Source: Macrostomum lignano (taxonomy: Eukaryota). From it: 64,000 nucleotides of DNA. Of the stretch, positions 23,493-37,000 are shown one piece after another (position 1 is the first letter of the stretch; each line of letters begins with the position of its first letter). The stretch covers positions 62,001 to 126,000 of the forward strand of contig NIVC01000524.1 of NCBI GenBank assembly GCA_002269645.1, given 5' to 3'. Below the pieces are notes generated by a model. It was given only the letters and a program-made list of their open reading frames with translations. It was not told where the DNA came from and did not search any database. The translations under genes and the position numbers were made by a program.

Positions 23493-24150
23493 CTCAACTT
23501 ACTTGACTTAGTTGCAGGGTGGTCCAAAGATACAGCAGGGGGCAAGTGCCACCTATGCCTTGGGCTGGCAAGCATTGTCTAGGGATAGGTTGGGTCCAAG
23601 CCAAGGAAGTGGAGCTAGTCTCAGTTGAAAGCTGGACAGTAGCAGACAAAGTGCTTATTATCTTCATTCTCGAGGTTATAGAAGGTGTAGAGTTCACTCC
23701 AGCAGATGCCTTGGAGGAAACGTGGCTAAGGGCTAATGAGCAAGTGTGAACTACCTGTCTTAGTGAGGGAGTCAGCAAGCTCATTACTTTTGAAACTAGC
23801 ATGTCCTAAGATCCACGTGAGCTAGATAGTGTTCCTCCAAGCCAGCTTATTGAGCTGCCCAATACCAGTCATGGACTATTTGGGAGTTTATTGTGGTGTG
23901 ACACAGGGCCTGCAAGGCAGCCTGGCTGTCAGAGTGGAAGAAGATTCTTCTGGCTTTGAAGTCCTTGCAGTAGAGCTCAGCAGCATAGGAGCTGATGGCA
24001 AGGGCTTTGTTTTAGAAGACATCAGAAAGTCTACTAGTGTTAGGTGTGAGTATGCGGCCATTAATAAGGATGCAGACTCCAAAGCCAAATGTATTGTCTT
24101 TGAAGGATCCATCAGTGAAGCAGTGGACCTCCTGGGGGGCAGCTGTATGT
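23493..24150 (-). pseudogene. Hypermutated second copy of the R1/LOA-like LINE family (RNase H, CCHC finger, TAAGTCAAG tail)
   Basis: The minus strand encodes CFTDGSF, FFHSDSQAALQAL, LTWILGHASFKSNELADSLTK and YTFY...KHFVCYCPAF. It ends CCCTGCAACTAAGTCAAGTAAGTT, matching the 3' end of the copy at 13327-14156. It has several stops, a frameshift and an internal deletion. Confidence 0.88.
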
Positions 24151-24289
24151 ATAGATAATTTACAATAGTCTATACTCGTATCTTTGAGATAGTTTTAATG
24201 GGGGACATCTGAATAGAATCCTTGTTCTTTACAAATAACAAATAGACAGCGAAATAAAGCCTTCATAAAAAACAACAGAAATTCCTTCT

Positions 24290-24600
24290 AAAAATAAAAC
24301 ATCCCAAGACAGCAAGCATCCCCAGACAGCATTCAAGCATCGATCCCCAAATAGCAAGCATCCCCCAGACTGCAAGCATCCCCCAGATAGCAGGCATCCC
24401 CCCGATGGCAAGCAACCCCAGATAGCAAGCATCCCCCAGATAGCAAACATCCCCCAGATAGCAGGCATCCCCCCGATAGCAAGCAACCCCAGATAGCAAG
24501 CATCCCCCCGATAGCAAGCATCCCCCAGACAGCAAGCAACCACAGATAGCAAGCATCCCCCAGACCGCAAGCAACCCCAGATAGCAAGCATAACCTGGAT
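24290..24600. repeat. Degenerate ~20-bp tandem repeat (AGATAGCAAGCATCCCCC)
   Basis: Tandem units visible. Confidence 0.85.
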
Positions 24601-25344
24601 ACAAAGAGACCTTATAGATATCTAGCAACCCCCTCTCAGATAGCAAGTACCCTCCACCCCCAAGAGCAAGCATCTCCCAATAGCAAGTTACCCCAGTAGC
24701 AAACTGTCATGGAATATTATTATATTTGCTAGATTGTCCTTTGTACTTGGAAATTCGGATTCACAAATGACACTTTTAAAAGGCAATTAAGAAAATCACA
24801 TAGCCCTAAAACTTTGTCTATGCACATTTTTCATTAGCCTAAGATGCTAGTTGAGTTTAGTTGGCTCTTAAATGGATTATTACTGCGCTAGTTTTGATTT
24901 GGTATTCATACTTTTTATGTAAGAGAATTTTTATATTGTTCAAACAGATGCTAAAGTAGTTAAAGTTTAAATGATTACCATTTCATTAAAGTGTGACTCT
25001 TCTTTATGCAACCTAGCTTTCTCCTAAAGTTCTTCAAGTTGAATACTTAATTTTTAAATTTGTACCAGACAACACATAGATGCTTTCATGAGAACCCAAC
25101 TGCTCTTTACTTCCTACCTACCAGAGAATCCCACAATGTCTCTACTGAAAATTCCCTAAAACTAAAACTACTAAAAGTAGTGTAGAAGCAAATCTGCGCG
25201 AAGCATGCATATCAGTGCCGGCTAGCAACAATACTTGCCCAAAGCTAGCCAAAGCCAATTGCAATATTTCAGGCCAGTAAGGCCAAGTGCAGCGGGCCAG
25301 CTGCCTCCGTGCAGCCCCTGTCTCCATCTCAGCAGAGCCTGCAG

Positions 25345-27329
25345 ATGCCTCTTGGCCCAGCAGACCTCATCACCCCCTGTCACTACACTGGCGGCCTGTC
25401 AGCTCGCGAGCTTGGCGCCATAGACGATTTAGCCAATTGCATGGTTGTCGACTCCCTGTTGGGCATTGTCAGCCACAAAATGGCCGAAAGATTTCGTCAG
25501 CCATCGGCCTCGCATATTCGGCGATGGCGGGCTGCTGTTGAAGACTTCGTGGTTGATCAGGTAAAGCTCATGTTTGGCTGATTGCTCAACTCAGTGTACA
25601 AAAGGTAACTATACTGCCCTAGACATCAGTGTACAAAGGGCAGCTGTACTACCCTACCCTATAGATCAGAGTACCAGGCACTCGCCACTCTCCCTACAAA
25701 CCCGCAGGACTACGCAGTCGCCTATGCCCGTCTAGTCGCCCGACCGTCGGATTCCAGCGAATCCGGGCGGCCATTCCTAACCGAGGCGCGTCGCAACGAT
25801 CCCAGCTTGCGGCTGCACCTGTACCGCTACCTGCACCTGTTCGACAGGCGCTCCGGCGTGCGAATCGAACTGTGCCGCCGGTACGCGCACGAGAACCGGA
25901 CTGGGGCCAGGATTGTGTCGACTAGAGACTGGGAGGCCAACGAGAAAATTGACATGCTTATTGGTAGGTTGCTGTTTGTATTGGCTGTGTAGCATCTGTG
26001 TTAATTGTCAGTAGTTAGGTGGCTGTTAGCAGTCAGGAGGTTGTCATACAGCTGTCAGGGGGCTGTCAGTCAGCAGTCAGGGGGTTGTTAATCAGCAGAC
26101 AGGGGGTTGTCAATCAGCAGTCAGGAGGCTGTCAAGTCAGAAGTCAGGAGGCTTCTCATTCAGCAATCAGGGGGCTGTCAGTCGGCAGTCAGGGGGCTGT
26201 CATTCAGCAATCAGGGGGCTGTCAGTCAGCAGTCAGGAGGCTGCCAGTCAGCAGTCAGGGGGTTTGTCAATCAGCAGTCAGGGGGTTGTCAGTCAGCAGT
26301 CAGGGGGTTGTCATTCAGCTGTCAGGGGGCTGTCAGTCAGCAGTCAGGAGGCTGTCAGGTTCCGTTATTCAGCAGTCAGGGCTATCAGGATTCAACTCGC
26401 AGTCATTAGTCAAAAGCCGCGGCCCCCCCCCGTGCAGGCTGCATCGCGGAGATGACGCCAGACGAGGAGCGCAGCTATCTCAGACCGGGCCACAACGATT
26501 TCTCAGTGATGTACTCAACCAGGAAGCACTGCTCGCAGCTGTGGCTGGGCCCGGCCGCCTATATTAATCACGACTGTCGGCCCAATGTGAGATTCGTCCC
26601 AACCGGTCCGCACTCCGCTTACTATCAGGTGAGCTGGAAACTGAATTTTTGTTGAAAATCAAAATTTGCATGTTACTACTCGTGTCGTGTAAGTAGTGCA
26701 AGCTGGCTACTTATTTATTCATTTTTCCCCAGGTGATCCGGCCGATACGCAAGGGCGACGAAATTTTATTATTCTACGGCGCCCACTTTTTCGGCAAGTC
26801 CAACTGCGAGTGCGAATGCGAGACCTGCGAGCGACGGCTTGCTGGCGCCTTCGCCCAGCAGCAGCCGGGCGGCTCTGGCGACGACAGCAAGGGCTACCGG
26901 TTCCGGGACACCGACAAACGGCTGCGACGCCTGGCCGCTGCCGCGTCTAAACGGCAACGCGAAGAAGATGAGGCGGCGGAGCCTGTGGCAGCGGCGCCGT
27001 CAACAGACAAGGCGGAGACAAGCCGGCAGGCTCAGCAACAGCAGCAGCAGCCGCCTTTGAAGCTGCCACGTCTGCTAATTCAAATCAGGCAGCTGGGCGA
27101 TCCGCTGCGATACGAGCTGGTGAGTCTGGCCTCTGCAACTTCTGCTCTGGCCTCCGAGTCCGCCTCCGAGGAGTCCGAGTCCTCCCCGGCCTCTGCGCCC
27201 GCCTCTGCCGCGTCCACCGCAACCGCTGCTGGCCCCGCCTCTGCCGCGGACGCCAGCGACGGCCGCAGTTCGTCCACTCCGGCCTCGTCAATTGACTGCA
27301 GCTCCCCGGCCAATCGCAGCCCGGCCTGA
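25345..27329 (+). CDS. Suv4-20: SUV4-20 (KMT5B/C) histone H4K20 methyltransferase; exons ~25345-25560, 25708-25963, 26438-26628, 26733-27329
   Basis: [29 protein letters not shown]; GCIAEMT...[31 protein letters not shown]; [19 protein letters not shown] (SET and post-SET). All junctions are GT-AG and phase-consistent. The start is uncertain: an in-frame acceptor at 25272 may indicate an upstream exon. Confidence 0.92.
26020..26400. repeat. Degenerate ~20-bp tandem repeat filling a SUV4-20 intron
   Basis: GTCAGTCAGCAGTCAGGGGG-type units. Confidence 0.85.
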
Positions 27330-27657
27330 GCTGCCCAACCCACCTCCGCCTGCCCACTCCACCGGCTGCCCACCCCACCGCCTGCCCACCCCACCTCCGC
27401 CTGCCCACCCACCTCCGCCTGCCCACTCCACCGGCTGCCCACCCCACCGCCTGCCCACCCCACCGCCTGCCCACCCCACCTCCGCCTGCCCACTCCACCG
27501 GCTGCTCACCCCACCTCCGCCTGCCCACCCCACCGGCTGCTCACCCCACCTCCGCCTGCCCACCCCACCGGCTGCTCACCCCACCTCCGCCTGCCCACCC
27601 CACCTGCCCACCCCACCTCCGCCTGCCCACCCCACCTGCCCACCCCACCTCCGCCTA
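27330..27657. repeat. C-rich degenerate tandem repeat starting immediately after the SUV4-20 stop codon
   Basis: CCCACCCCACCTCCGCCTG-type units. Confidence 0.9.
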
Positions 27658-28304
27658 CACACTTAACTTCGCTGATGCTTTCGTGTTAATCCTGTAAATA
27701 GTGTATGCTGTTTTATGTCATTTTTATCGGATGCTCTGACTATTTTTTTTTACATTTTAATTGTAAATACATTTTCTATGTTTTAACACCTGCATGTTTA
27801 ATTTTGTATAGAGATTAGCAACTTCTGTCGGTCTTTGACTATTTGCTCGCTATGCGATTCTTTCAAATCCAGCTTGTTTATTAATGTATGTATGCTAATT
27901 AATTATATTTATTATAGCTAGGATTTCAATCTACAATAATTTCAAATTATCTTTACTGCTTTCCAAAGCATTAATTAGTTTTTGGATCACCTGTACTTTA
28001 ATTAAAGCGAAGCAGTGCAGGTTCGCAAAGTTTAAAACTAAATTGTAAATAGAACTCCAGAGTCTTTGTTTTGCATTGAATATTTTTATTCTATATTTTT
28101 TGTCTTATCTTGTTTCACCTGTTTTTCAATAGTGAAGATATAAACTTTTATTAACTGCTTTAACTACTAATTTAAGTAGCTTCTATGCAACATTGCGTAT
28201 CAGTTGATTTATTTATTTTAATAGTAATAAAACTATTTTGTCTCGTGGAGTGCTTTCATAAATCAATTATTTTATTATATATCTCTGCTGTGCTTGCGTC
28301 TGTG

Positions 28305-28525
28305 GTAACTACTATTTATTTCCCACTTAGGCATGGTCATAGACTACAGAACACGTATTTATTCCCCACTTGGGCCTTGGCCATAGACTACAGAACACGT
28401 ATTTATTCCCCACTTGGGCTTTGGCCATAGACTACAGAACACGTATTTATTCCCCACTTGGGCTTTGGCCATAGACTACAAAAACGTGTTTTTCTCTGCT
28501 TGGGCCCTACCATAGACTACAGAAG
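28305..28525. repeat. 44-bp tandem repeat, about 4 copies
   Basis: GGCCATAGACTACAGAACACGTATTTATTCCCCACTTGGGCTTT units. Confidence 0.85.
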
Positions 28526-29299
28526 TTGTAAATTAATAATATAATAGTGCGTATTATAATATTAAGGAAAATCAAGATAAGTCAGTGTGGCAGCATTTTG
28601 AAGCGACTTATTATCATTATTACTATTATTAACCTACTGTCAGTAGTGCTGGCTAATTAAACCAATTTATTGTGGGGTAACCAAAATTATTTTTTTTATT
28701 GTTGATGCTTTCAACTTTGGAATCTTGTCACCCGTGTTTGCTAGCTGGTGTACAAACTCTGGTATTGTTGTGTAACTATTTAAATAATTTGTAAAAGTAC
28801 TTATGAAACAAATAATTGAAGCTATAATTATTTCAATATTTCAATACAAATAATTGAAATAATTGAAGCTCAATTGGCTTCTTTATCAACTAAATTGTAA
28901 TGCTATAATTAATTAGATAAGAATTGACTCTTTTATCTTGGTCTTGTTTTCGGAATGCCTTAATTGACTGACGTACGCTCGCCTGCTGGTCGGGCTACTG
29001 AGGTGGCTAATTAAAATTTCCAAGGGCCGATTTGATAATAATTAATTTCACCCGGCTGCCTGCTGTATTGAAGATGGCTGGCTGAGTATCTCTGTCTCCC
29101 TTTTGTCTTGTCTCACTCTCCCTCTGTTTGATGACCTCACGAGAGCCCGCCTATAGTTAGATTTTTTCGTTTTACGTGATGAAATTAGTGAAATGTTTTT
29201 TCTCTCTGACAAGCCCATGGGCTATGATGTTTTTCGTTACCTAAAGAACAAAAGATTTAGAGTCATGCAAGATGTTTTTGACGCGCCGAAAAGATAATT

Positions 29300-29890
29300 C
29301 AGTGAGGCACCGAAAATATGATACAATGAGGCGCCATAAATATGATTCATGGAGGCGCCAGAAATATGATGCAGTGAGGCGCCAGAAGAGTGATGCAGTG
29401 AGGCGCCAGAAGAGTGATGCAGTGAGGCGTCAGAAGAGTGATGCAGTGAGGCGCCAGAAATATGATGCAGAGAGGCGCCAGAAATATGATGCAGTGAGGC
29501 GCCAGAAATATGATTCAGGGAGGCGCCTGAAAGATGATGCAGTGAGGCGCCAGAAATATGATGCAGAGAGGCGCCAGAAATATGATGCAGTGAGGCGCCA
29601 GAAATATGATTCAGGGAGGCGCCTGAAAGATGATGCAGTGAGGCGCCAGAAATATGATTCAGGGAGGCGCCTGAAAGATGATGCAGTGAGGCGCCAGAAG
29701 AGTGATGCAGTGAGGCGCCAGAAATATGATTCAGGGAGGCGCCTGAAAGATGATGCAGTGAGGCGCCAGAAGAGTGATGCAGTGAGGCGCTAAAAAGATG
29801 ATGCAGTGAGGCGCCGAAACTATGATGCAGTCAGGCGCCTAAAATATGATGCAGTGGGGCGCCGAAAATATGATGCATTGAGGCGCCAAA
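29300..29890. repeat. 24-bp minisatellite (AGGCGCCAGAAATATGATGCAGTG)
   Basis: Tandem units with degenerate edges. Confidence 0.93.
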
Positions 29891-30618
29891 AAGGACGGAA
29901 CCATAGTGACTGCAGAGCAAATTAATCGTTTCCATTCCAGAGAATGCCTCCTAAGCAGCGACTGCAATAAAATGAGCCATAAAATGCCCGCCAAGTTGGG
30001 AAACAAGAATTGCGAATTCGCGCATTTTGTGAAGTCAATAAAAATCTGAGAAACAACTTCTTATTTCTAGCTTTGCTGATTCTTCATAGATCGCAGTCCT
30101 TACCAGCTACATGTAGTTATTATAACACAAGTGCATGGAAACTGGTTTCAGCAGTTACACCCAACAATTTGTCATCATTAAATCTATGAGCCAGTGAATT
30201 CTTGGAAAAGTAGCCTTTGAATATCTACGCAGGTAAACTGAGTTTTGCTAGCAGTCAGGCCCATTGAGAACTGACCCCTGATCACTCGTACACACGCTCG
30301 CACAGGGTGTACACAGCGGCCCTGACTGGACTAGTGAACTGTGGCGCGAGAGTAGGACGAGGCTTGTCTGTCTACTGGCCCATCTTGTGCCTATAAGATC
30401 TGTGTCCCTCCCTCTCCATTGCCTGACCGCTGAATCGACCGGTGGATCCTCAACTTTTTAAAGTATTTCCCCACGATTCTCCAGTGTAATTCTACGAAAG
30501 TGCAATCGGGGATCAAACTTGCTCAATCTCTCTTCCCCTCTGCTTAACTCAGCGAAGCGAAAAGAAATGTCTAGAAAGACCTGTGGCAAGACTGGCTACT
30601 TCATATCTATTGCTTCCT

Positions 30619-31129
<511 letters not shown>

Positions 31130-31849
31130 GCCTATGTATCTATTCTAATTTATGAATTATGTATGTTCAGCATTTTACGTAGGCCGTTTGGCACACAGGC
31201 CAATCTTTTTGAAGACAAAGTTGTATTTAGTCAAGTAGCACCCACACCAGCTGTGCAACCGATTTCTTGCTCTCAGCCCTGTCGCCATTCTTTAGGATCT
31301 GCCCCCAACCCCTCTTAGTGCGCGCTAGCGGGCAATTGTCTGAGAGTTTGCCATTGCTATTACGAGCGTAAGCATTAGCAGTGTGGCACAGCTAGAGAGA
31401 GGTGGCGCAGAGCGCACGAACAGAAGAGCAGCCGATAGCGGACAGTTCACGCCAGCCAGCCAGCCAGCCAGCCAGTCAGTCAGTCAGTCAGTACGATTGC
31501 AAAAAGAGCTGCTGCTGGCAGCGCTGGCGGGCAGGAGGGAGGGTGGCGTGCAGGGGAGAGCGAGGGTTGGCTGAGAGGAGGAGAGGGACCGCCTGTTGCA
31601 CACAGCGCAAGTGTCAGAAAGAAAACTCAGGCTTAAATAATGGCAGTGTATCGCTGGTTGCGCAGGCGCTCCACTACTTGCGGCTTTCATTGCGCGCGCT
31701 TGACCTACCCTGGACGGAGTTGTGGTTTTTTTATTGAGGTAAATGTTCCCCACATCTCATTGATCATTTTAGCCTTTTGTTGCTTATCAATGTACTGTTT
31801 TAAATTGACAGCTTATCGTAGCTGCAGTTTTATTTTACTGCAGGTTTAT

Positions 31850-32733
31850 GTACGGTAACTGCAGGCTTATGTAACTGCAGGCTTATGTAACTGCAGGCTT
31901 GTGTAACTGCAGGCTTATGTAACTGCAGGTTTATGTACGGTAACTGCAGGCTTATGTAACTGCAGGCTTATGTAACTGCAGGCTTGTGTAACTGCAGGCT
32001 TATGTAACTGCAGGCTTGTGTAACTGCAGGCTTATGTAACTGCAGGTTTATGTAACTGCAGGCTTATGTAACTGCAGGCTTATGTAACTGCAGGCTTATG
32101 TAACTGCAGGTTTATGTAACTGCAGGTTTATGTAACTGCAGGCTTATGTAACTGCAGGTTTATGTAACTGCAGGCTTGTGTAACTGCAGGCTTATGTAAC
32201 TGCAGGTTTATGTAACTGCAGGCTTGTGTAACTGCAGGCTTATGTAACTGCAGGCTTATGTAACTGCAGGCTTATGTAACTGCAGGCTTATGTAACTGCA
32301 GGCTTGTGTAACTGCAGGCTTATGTAACTGCAGGCTTATGTAACTGCAGGCTTATGTAACTGCAGGCTTATGTAACTGCAGGTTTATGTAACTGCAGGTT
32401 TATGTAACTGCAGGCTTGTGTAACTGCAGGCTTGTGTAACTGCAGGTTTATGTAACTGCAGGCTTGTGTAACTGCAGGCTTGTGTAACTGCAGGCTTATG
32501 TAACTGCAGGCTTATGTAACTGCAGGTTTATGTAGCTGCAGGCTTATGTAACTGCAGGCTTATGTAACTGCAGGCTTATGTAACTGCAGGCTTATGTAAC
32601 TGCAGGCTTATGTAACTGCAGTCTTATGTAACTGCAGGCTTATGTAACTGCAGGTTTATGTAACTGCAGGCTTATGTAACTGCAGGTTTATGTAACTGCA
32701 GGCTTATGTAACTGCAGGTTTATGTAACTGCAG
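31850..32733. repeat. 16-bp minisatellite (GTAACTGCAGGCTTAT), about 55 copies
   Basis: Tandem units. Confidence 0.97.
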
Positions 32734-33289
32734 CAATGAGAAAACTTCATTCGTTTTTAATTTGATTATGGGTTCACTTGGCTAAGAACTCAAAAAATGT
32801 TTGCTCAAACCACTAATTGATTCAGATGAAATCGATCAGAGAAAATCATAGGAATATATATAGTTTCTAAAACGAGAATCTGCGAGAATCTCCCATAGCA
32901 CATTATTATTTCGCATAGTCAATTTGTATGTTGCTGCTCAAATTCACATGCAAAAAAGCGAGCTGACTTGCCAACAGTTTAAACTAAATAGAGAGTGTCT
33001 ATTTTTTCTGGAATTTTTCCCCAAAAAAACTTTGTACATACATTCTCTATCCATGATTGCTTCCGGTTGAACCTGTTCGAATCCAGAGGCTTCAACTGCT
33101 GCTTCAGCCTGGTTGAGGACTGGCTTGGTAATTGATGTTGCTGGGGCAGATAAGTTGGGAATATTTATGGCAAGCGCAATGTGAGTTAATCATCATCTGT
33201 CGTATGGAGCGGCGCACAGTTTCACATTTTCGAGTTGACAATTCTTCCATGGTACAAAACTTACTGATTTCTGTAATAAGATGGCAACG

Positions 33290-33786
33290 ACGTACATTGT
33301 GCTCATAGACAGTGTTTCTGGTCAGTACATTGTGCTCATAGATAGTGTTTCTGGTCAGTACATTGTGCTCATAGACAGTGTTTCTGGTCAGTACATTGTG
33401 CTCATAGACAGTGTTTCTGGTCAGTACATTGTGCTCATAGATAGTGTTTCTGGTCAGTACATTGTGCTCATAGACAGTGTTTCTGGTCAGTACATTGTGC
33501 TCATAGACAGTGTTTCTGGTCAGTACATTGTGCTCATAGACAGTGTTTCTGGTCAGTACATTGTGCTCATAGATAGTGTTTCTGGTCAGTACATTGTGCT
33601 CATAGATAGTGTTTCTGGTCAGTAAATTGTGCTCATAGATAGTGTTTCTGGTCAGTACATTGTGCTCATAGACAGTGTTTCTGGTCAGTAAATTGTGCTC
33701 ATAGATAGTGTTTCTGGTCAGTACATTGTGCTCATAGATAGTGTTTCTGGTCAGTACATTGTGCTCATAGATAGTGTTTCTGGTCA
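33290..33786. repeat. 33-bp minisatellite, about 15 copies
   Basis: CATTGTGCTCATAGAYAGTGTTTCTGGTCAGTA units. Confidence 0.97.
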
Positions 33787-34045
33787 TTTTGATTAATTGT
33801 TTTTACACAGTAATTACGGGTCATTACACTCGGGTCTGCATGGAAACGATTTTAAATTTCCATCGCTTCTACCAGTGCGTGTGGATTTGCTTTCTGTTTT
33901 TTTCTTGAGCTGAACAGTTGAGGTCACTGGGTTCGTGTCACCCGAGCATGACCTTTGAATTTTTCAAATTCTATAAAACCGGCAGTTTCGCGCACGGCTC
34001 ATCCCGAACACTCATTATTCGCAGTAGTCGGAAAGAGGCGGACCG

Positions 34046-37000
34046 ATGGACAGCAAAGCGGAGGAATTCCTGCGTCAATGCGAGGCGCTCCTTCTGGTCC
34101 GGTGGGTGTTCCCGGATCTGAACGGCATCGCCCGACTCAAGGAGATCCCCGGCGCGATGTGTCGCAGATTCTTCAAGTCCGGCGGTCGCGACTGCTGCTC
34201 CGCGGTGCTCTCGCTGGCCTGCACCAGCTTCGCTCCTGAGGTGCAGTGGATTGTCGACAACGGCTTCCCTGACTGCTCGATGCTGCCGGATCCAGACTCA
34301 TTCCACCTGGTCTCCTGGTCCCGCTGCCCTCCCGGCCAGGACGGCGCCGCCAGTATTGGCCAGGTGATCTGCAGCTCCGCCTGGCACGACGGCACCCCGG
34401 TGCAGTTCGACTCGAGGAATGCCGCGAAGCGCCAGATCGAGCGGCTGGCCGGGCACGGGCTGGCCTTGTACAGCGCCGTGGAGCTGGAGTGGCGCCTCTT
34501 CATCAAGCCGAAGGTCTGCATTTTTGTCGATTTAGAGTAACCTGGGGAAAGGGGATCTGAGGAAGTGGGGGATCTGAGGAAGTGGGGAATCTGAGGAAGT
34601 GGGGGATCTGAGGAAGTGGGGATCTGAGGAAGTGGGGGATCTGAGGAAGTGGGGGATCTGAGGAAGTGGGGGATCTGAGGAAGTGGGGGATCTGAGGAAG
34701 TGGGGGATCTGAGGAAGTGGGGGATCTGAGGAAGTGGGGGATCTGAGGAAGTGGGGGATCTGAGGAAGTGGGGGATCTGAGGAAGTGGGGGATCTGAGGA
34801 AGTGGGGGATCTGAGGAAGTGGGGGATCTGAGGAAGTGGGGGATCTGAGGAAGTGGGGGATCTGAGGAAGTGGGGGATCTGAGGAAGTGGGGGATCTGAG
34901 GAAGTGGGGGATCTGAGGAAGTGGGGGATCTGAGGAAGTGGGGGATCTGAGGAAGTGGGGGATCTGAGAAGTGGGGGATCTGAGGAAGTGGGGGATCTGA
35001 GGAAGTGGGGGATCTGAGGAAGTGGGGGATCTGAAGAAGTGGGGGATCTGAGGAAGTGGGGGATCTGAGGAAGTGGGGGATCTGAGGAAGTGGGGGATCT
35101 GAGGAAGTGGGGGATCTGAGGAAGTGGGGGATCTGAGGAAGTGGGGGATCTGAGGAAGTGGGGGATCTGAGGAAGTGGGGGATCTGAGGAAGTGGGGGAT
35201 CTGAGGAAGTGGGGGATCTGAGGAAGTGGGGGATCTGAGGAAGTGGGGGATCTGAGGAAGTGGGGGATCTGAGGAAGTGGGGGATCTGAGTTCCAGCTAA
35301 ATCTGAACTCGCACCCCAGGAGGACGTGGCAGAGTACACCTGGCACGAGAGCCGCGTGGATCCCTACTGCAGCATCCTGGCGCACAAGTACGAGCCTCTG
35401 CTGCTGGACATTCACCAGGCCCTGCAGTCTGCCGGCCTGCGCGTTGAGGCGCTGCACACCGAGTTTGGCTGCGGCCAGATGGAGGTCACCATGGCGCCCA
35501 AGTGGGGCATCTGCGGTCCTGACGAGGGCTTCCTCTATCGGGACATTGTCAGGCAGGTGCGTTCTGGCCTAGCCCCTTTGCGGCATTTTTTCAATTAATT
35601 ATTAATATGCGCTTTTTAAAACCGTGAAATAGCCACTCAGTCACAAATCATTTGTCACCGAGAGAAATAATAATTATTGAAAAAACATTTGAAAAATAAT
35701 CCACAGCTTAGAGGATATCATCAGAAGAATCATCACGATCCTCAGGAAAGATAATTAGCAGTAGAATCATCAGTAGAATCATCAGGAGAATCATCATAAT
35801 CCACCGATAAAATAATGATCAGTAGAATCATCAGTAGAATCATCAGTAGAATCATCAGTAGAATCATCAAAATCCACAGGGAAGATAATCATCAGTAGAA
35901 TCATCACAATCCACAGAGAATATAATCATCAGTAGAATTATCAGTAGAACCATCAAAATCTACAGGGAAGATAATCATCAGTAGAATCATCAGTAGAATC
36001 ATCATAATACAGGGAAGATAATCATCAGCGGAATCTACAGTAGAATCATCAGTAGAATCATCACAATACAGGGAAGATAATCATCAGCGAAATCTACAGT
36101 AGAATCATCAATAGAATCATCAGTAGAATCATCAGTAGAATCATCAGTAGAATCATCAGTAGAATCATCAGTAGAATCATCAGTAGAATCATCGGTAGAA
36201 TCATCAGTAGAATCATCAGTAGAATCATCAGTAGAATCATCAGTAGAATCATCAGTAGAATCATCAGTAGAATCATCAGTAGAATCATCAGTAGAATCAT
36301 CAGTAGAATCATCGGTAGAATCATCAGTAGAATCATCAGTAGAATCATCATTAGAATCATCAGTAGAATCATCAGTAGAATCATCAGTAGAATCATCAGT
36401 AGAATCATCAGTAGAATCACCAGTAGAATCATCATTAGAATCATCAGTAGAATCATCAGTAGAATCATCAGTAGAATCATCAGTAGAATCATCAGTAGAA
36501 TCATCAGTAGAATCATCAGTAGAATCATCAGTAGAATCATCAGTAGAATCATCGGTAGAATCATCAGTAGAATCATCAGTAGAATCATCAGTAGAATCAT
36601 CAGTAGAATCATCAGTAGAATCATCAGTAGAATCATCGGTAGAATCATCAGTAGAATCATCAGTAGAATCATCATTAGAATCATCAGTAGAATCATCAGT
36701 AGAATCATCAGTAGAATCATCAGTAGAATCATCAGTAGAATCATCAGTAGAATCATCAGTAGAATCATCAGTAGAATCATCAGTAGAATCATCAGTAGAA
36801 TCATCAGTAGAATCATCAGTAGAATCATCAGTAGAATCATCAGTAGAATCATCAGTAGAATCATCAGTAGAATCATCAGTAGAATCATCAGTAGAATCAT
36901 CAGTAGAATCATCAGTAGAATCATCAGTAGAATCATCGCATTGCAGAAAAGATAATCATCAGTAGAAGTCTAGAGGGACAGAAAAGCCATCCCGGGTTCC

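Noticed and set aside
29272-29793. Basic repetitive 173-aa ORF (RRQKYDAV)n as a protamine-like protein
   Set aside because: A 24-bp unit keeps one frame open by chance, the array continues past the stop codon, and there is no unique coding flank.
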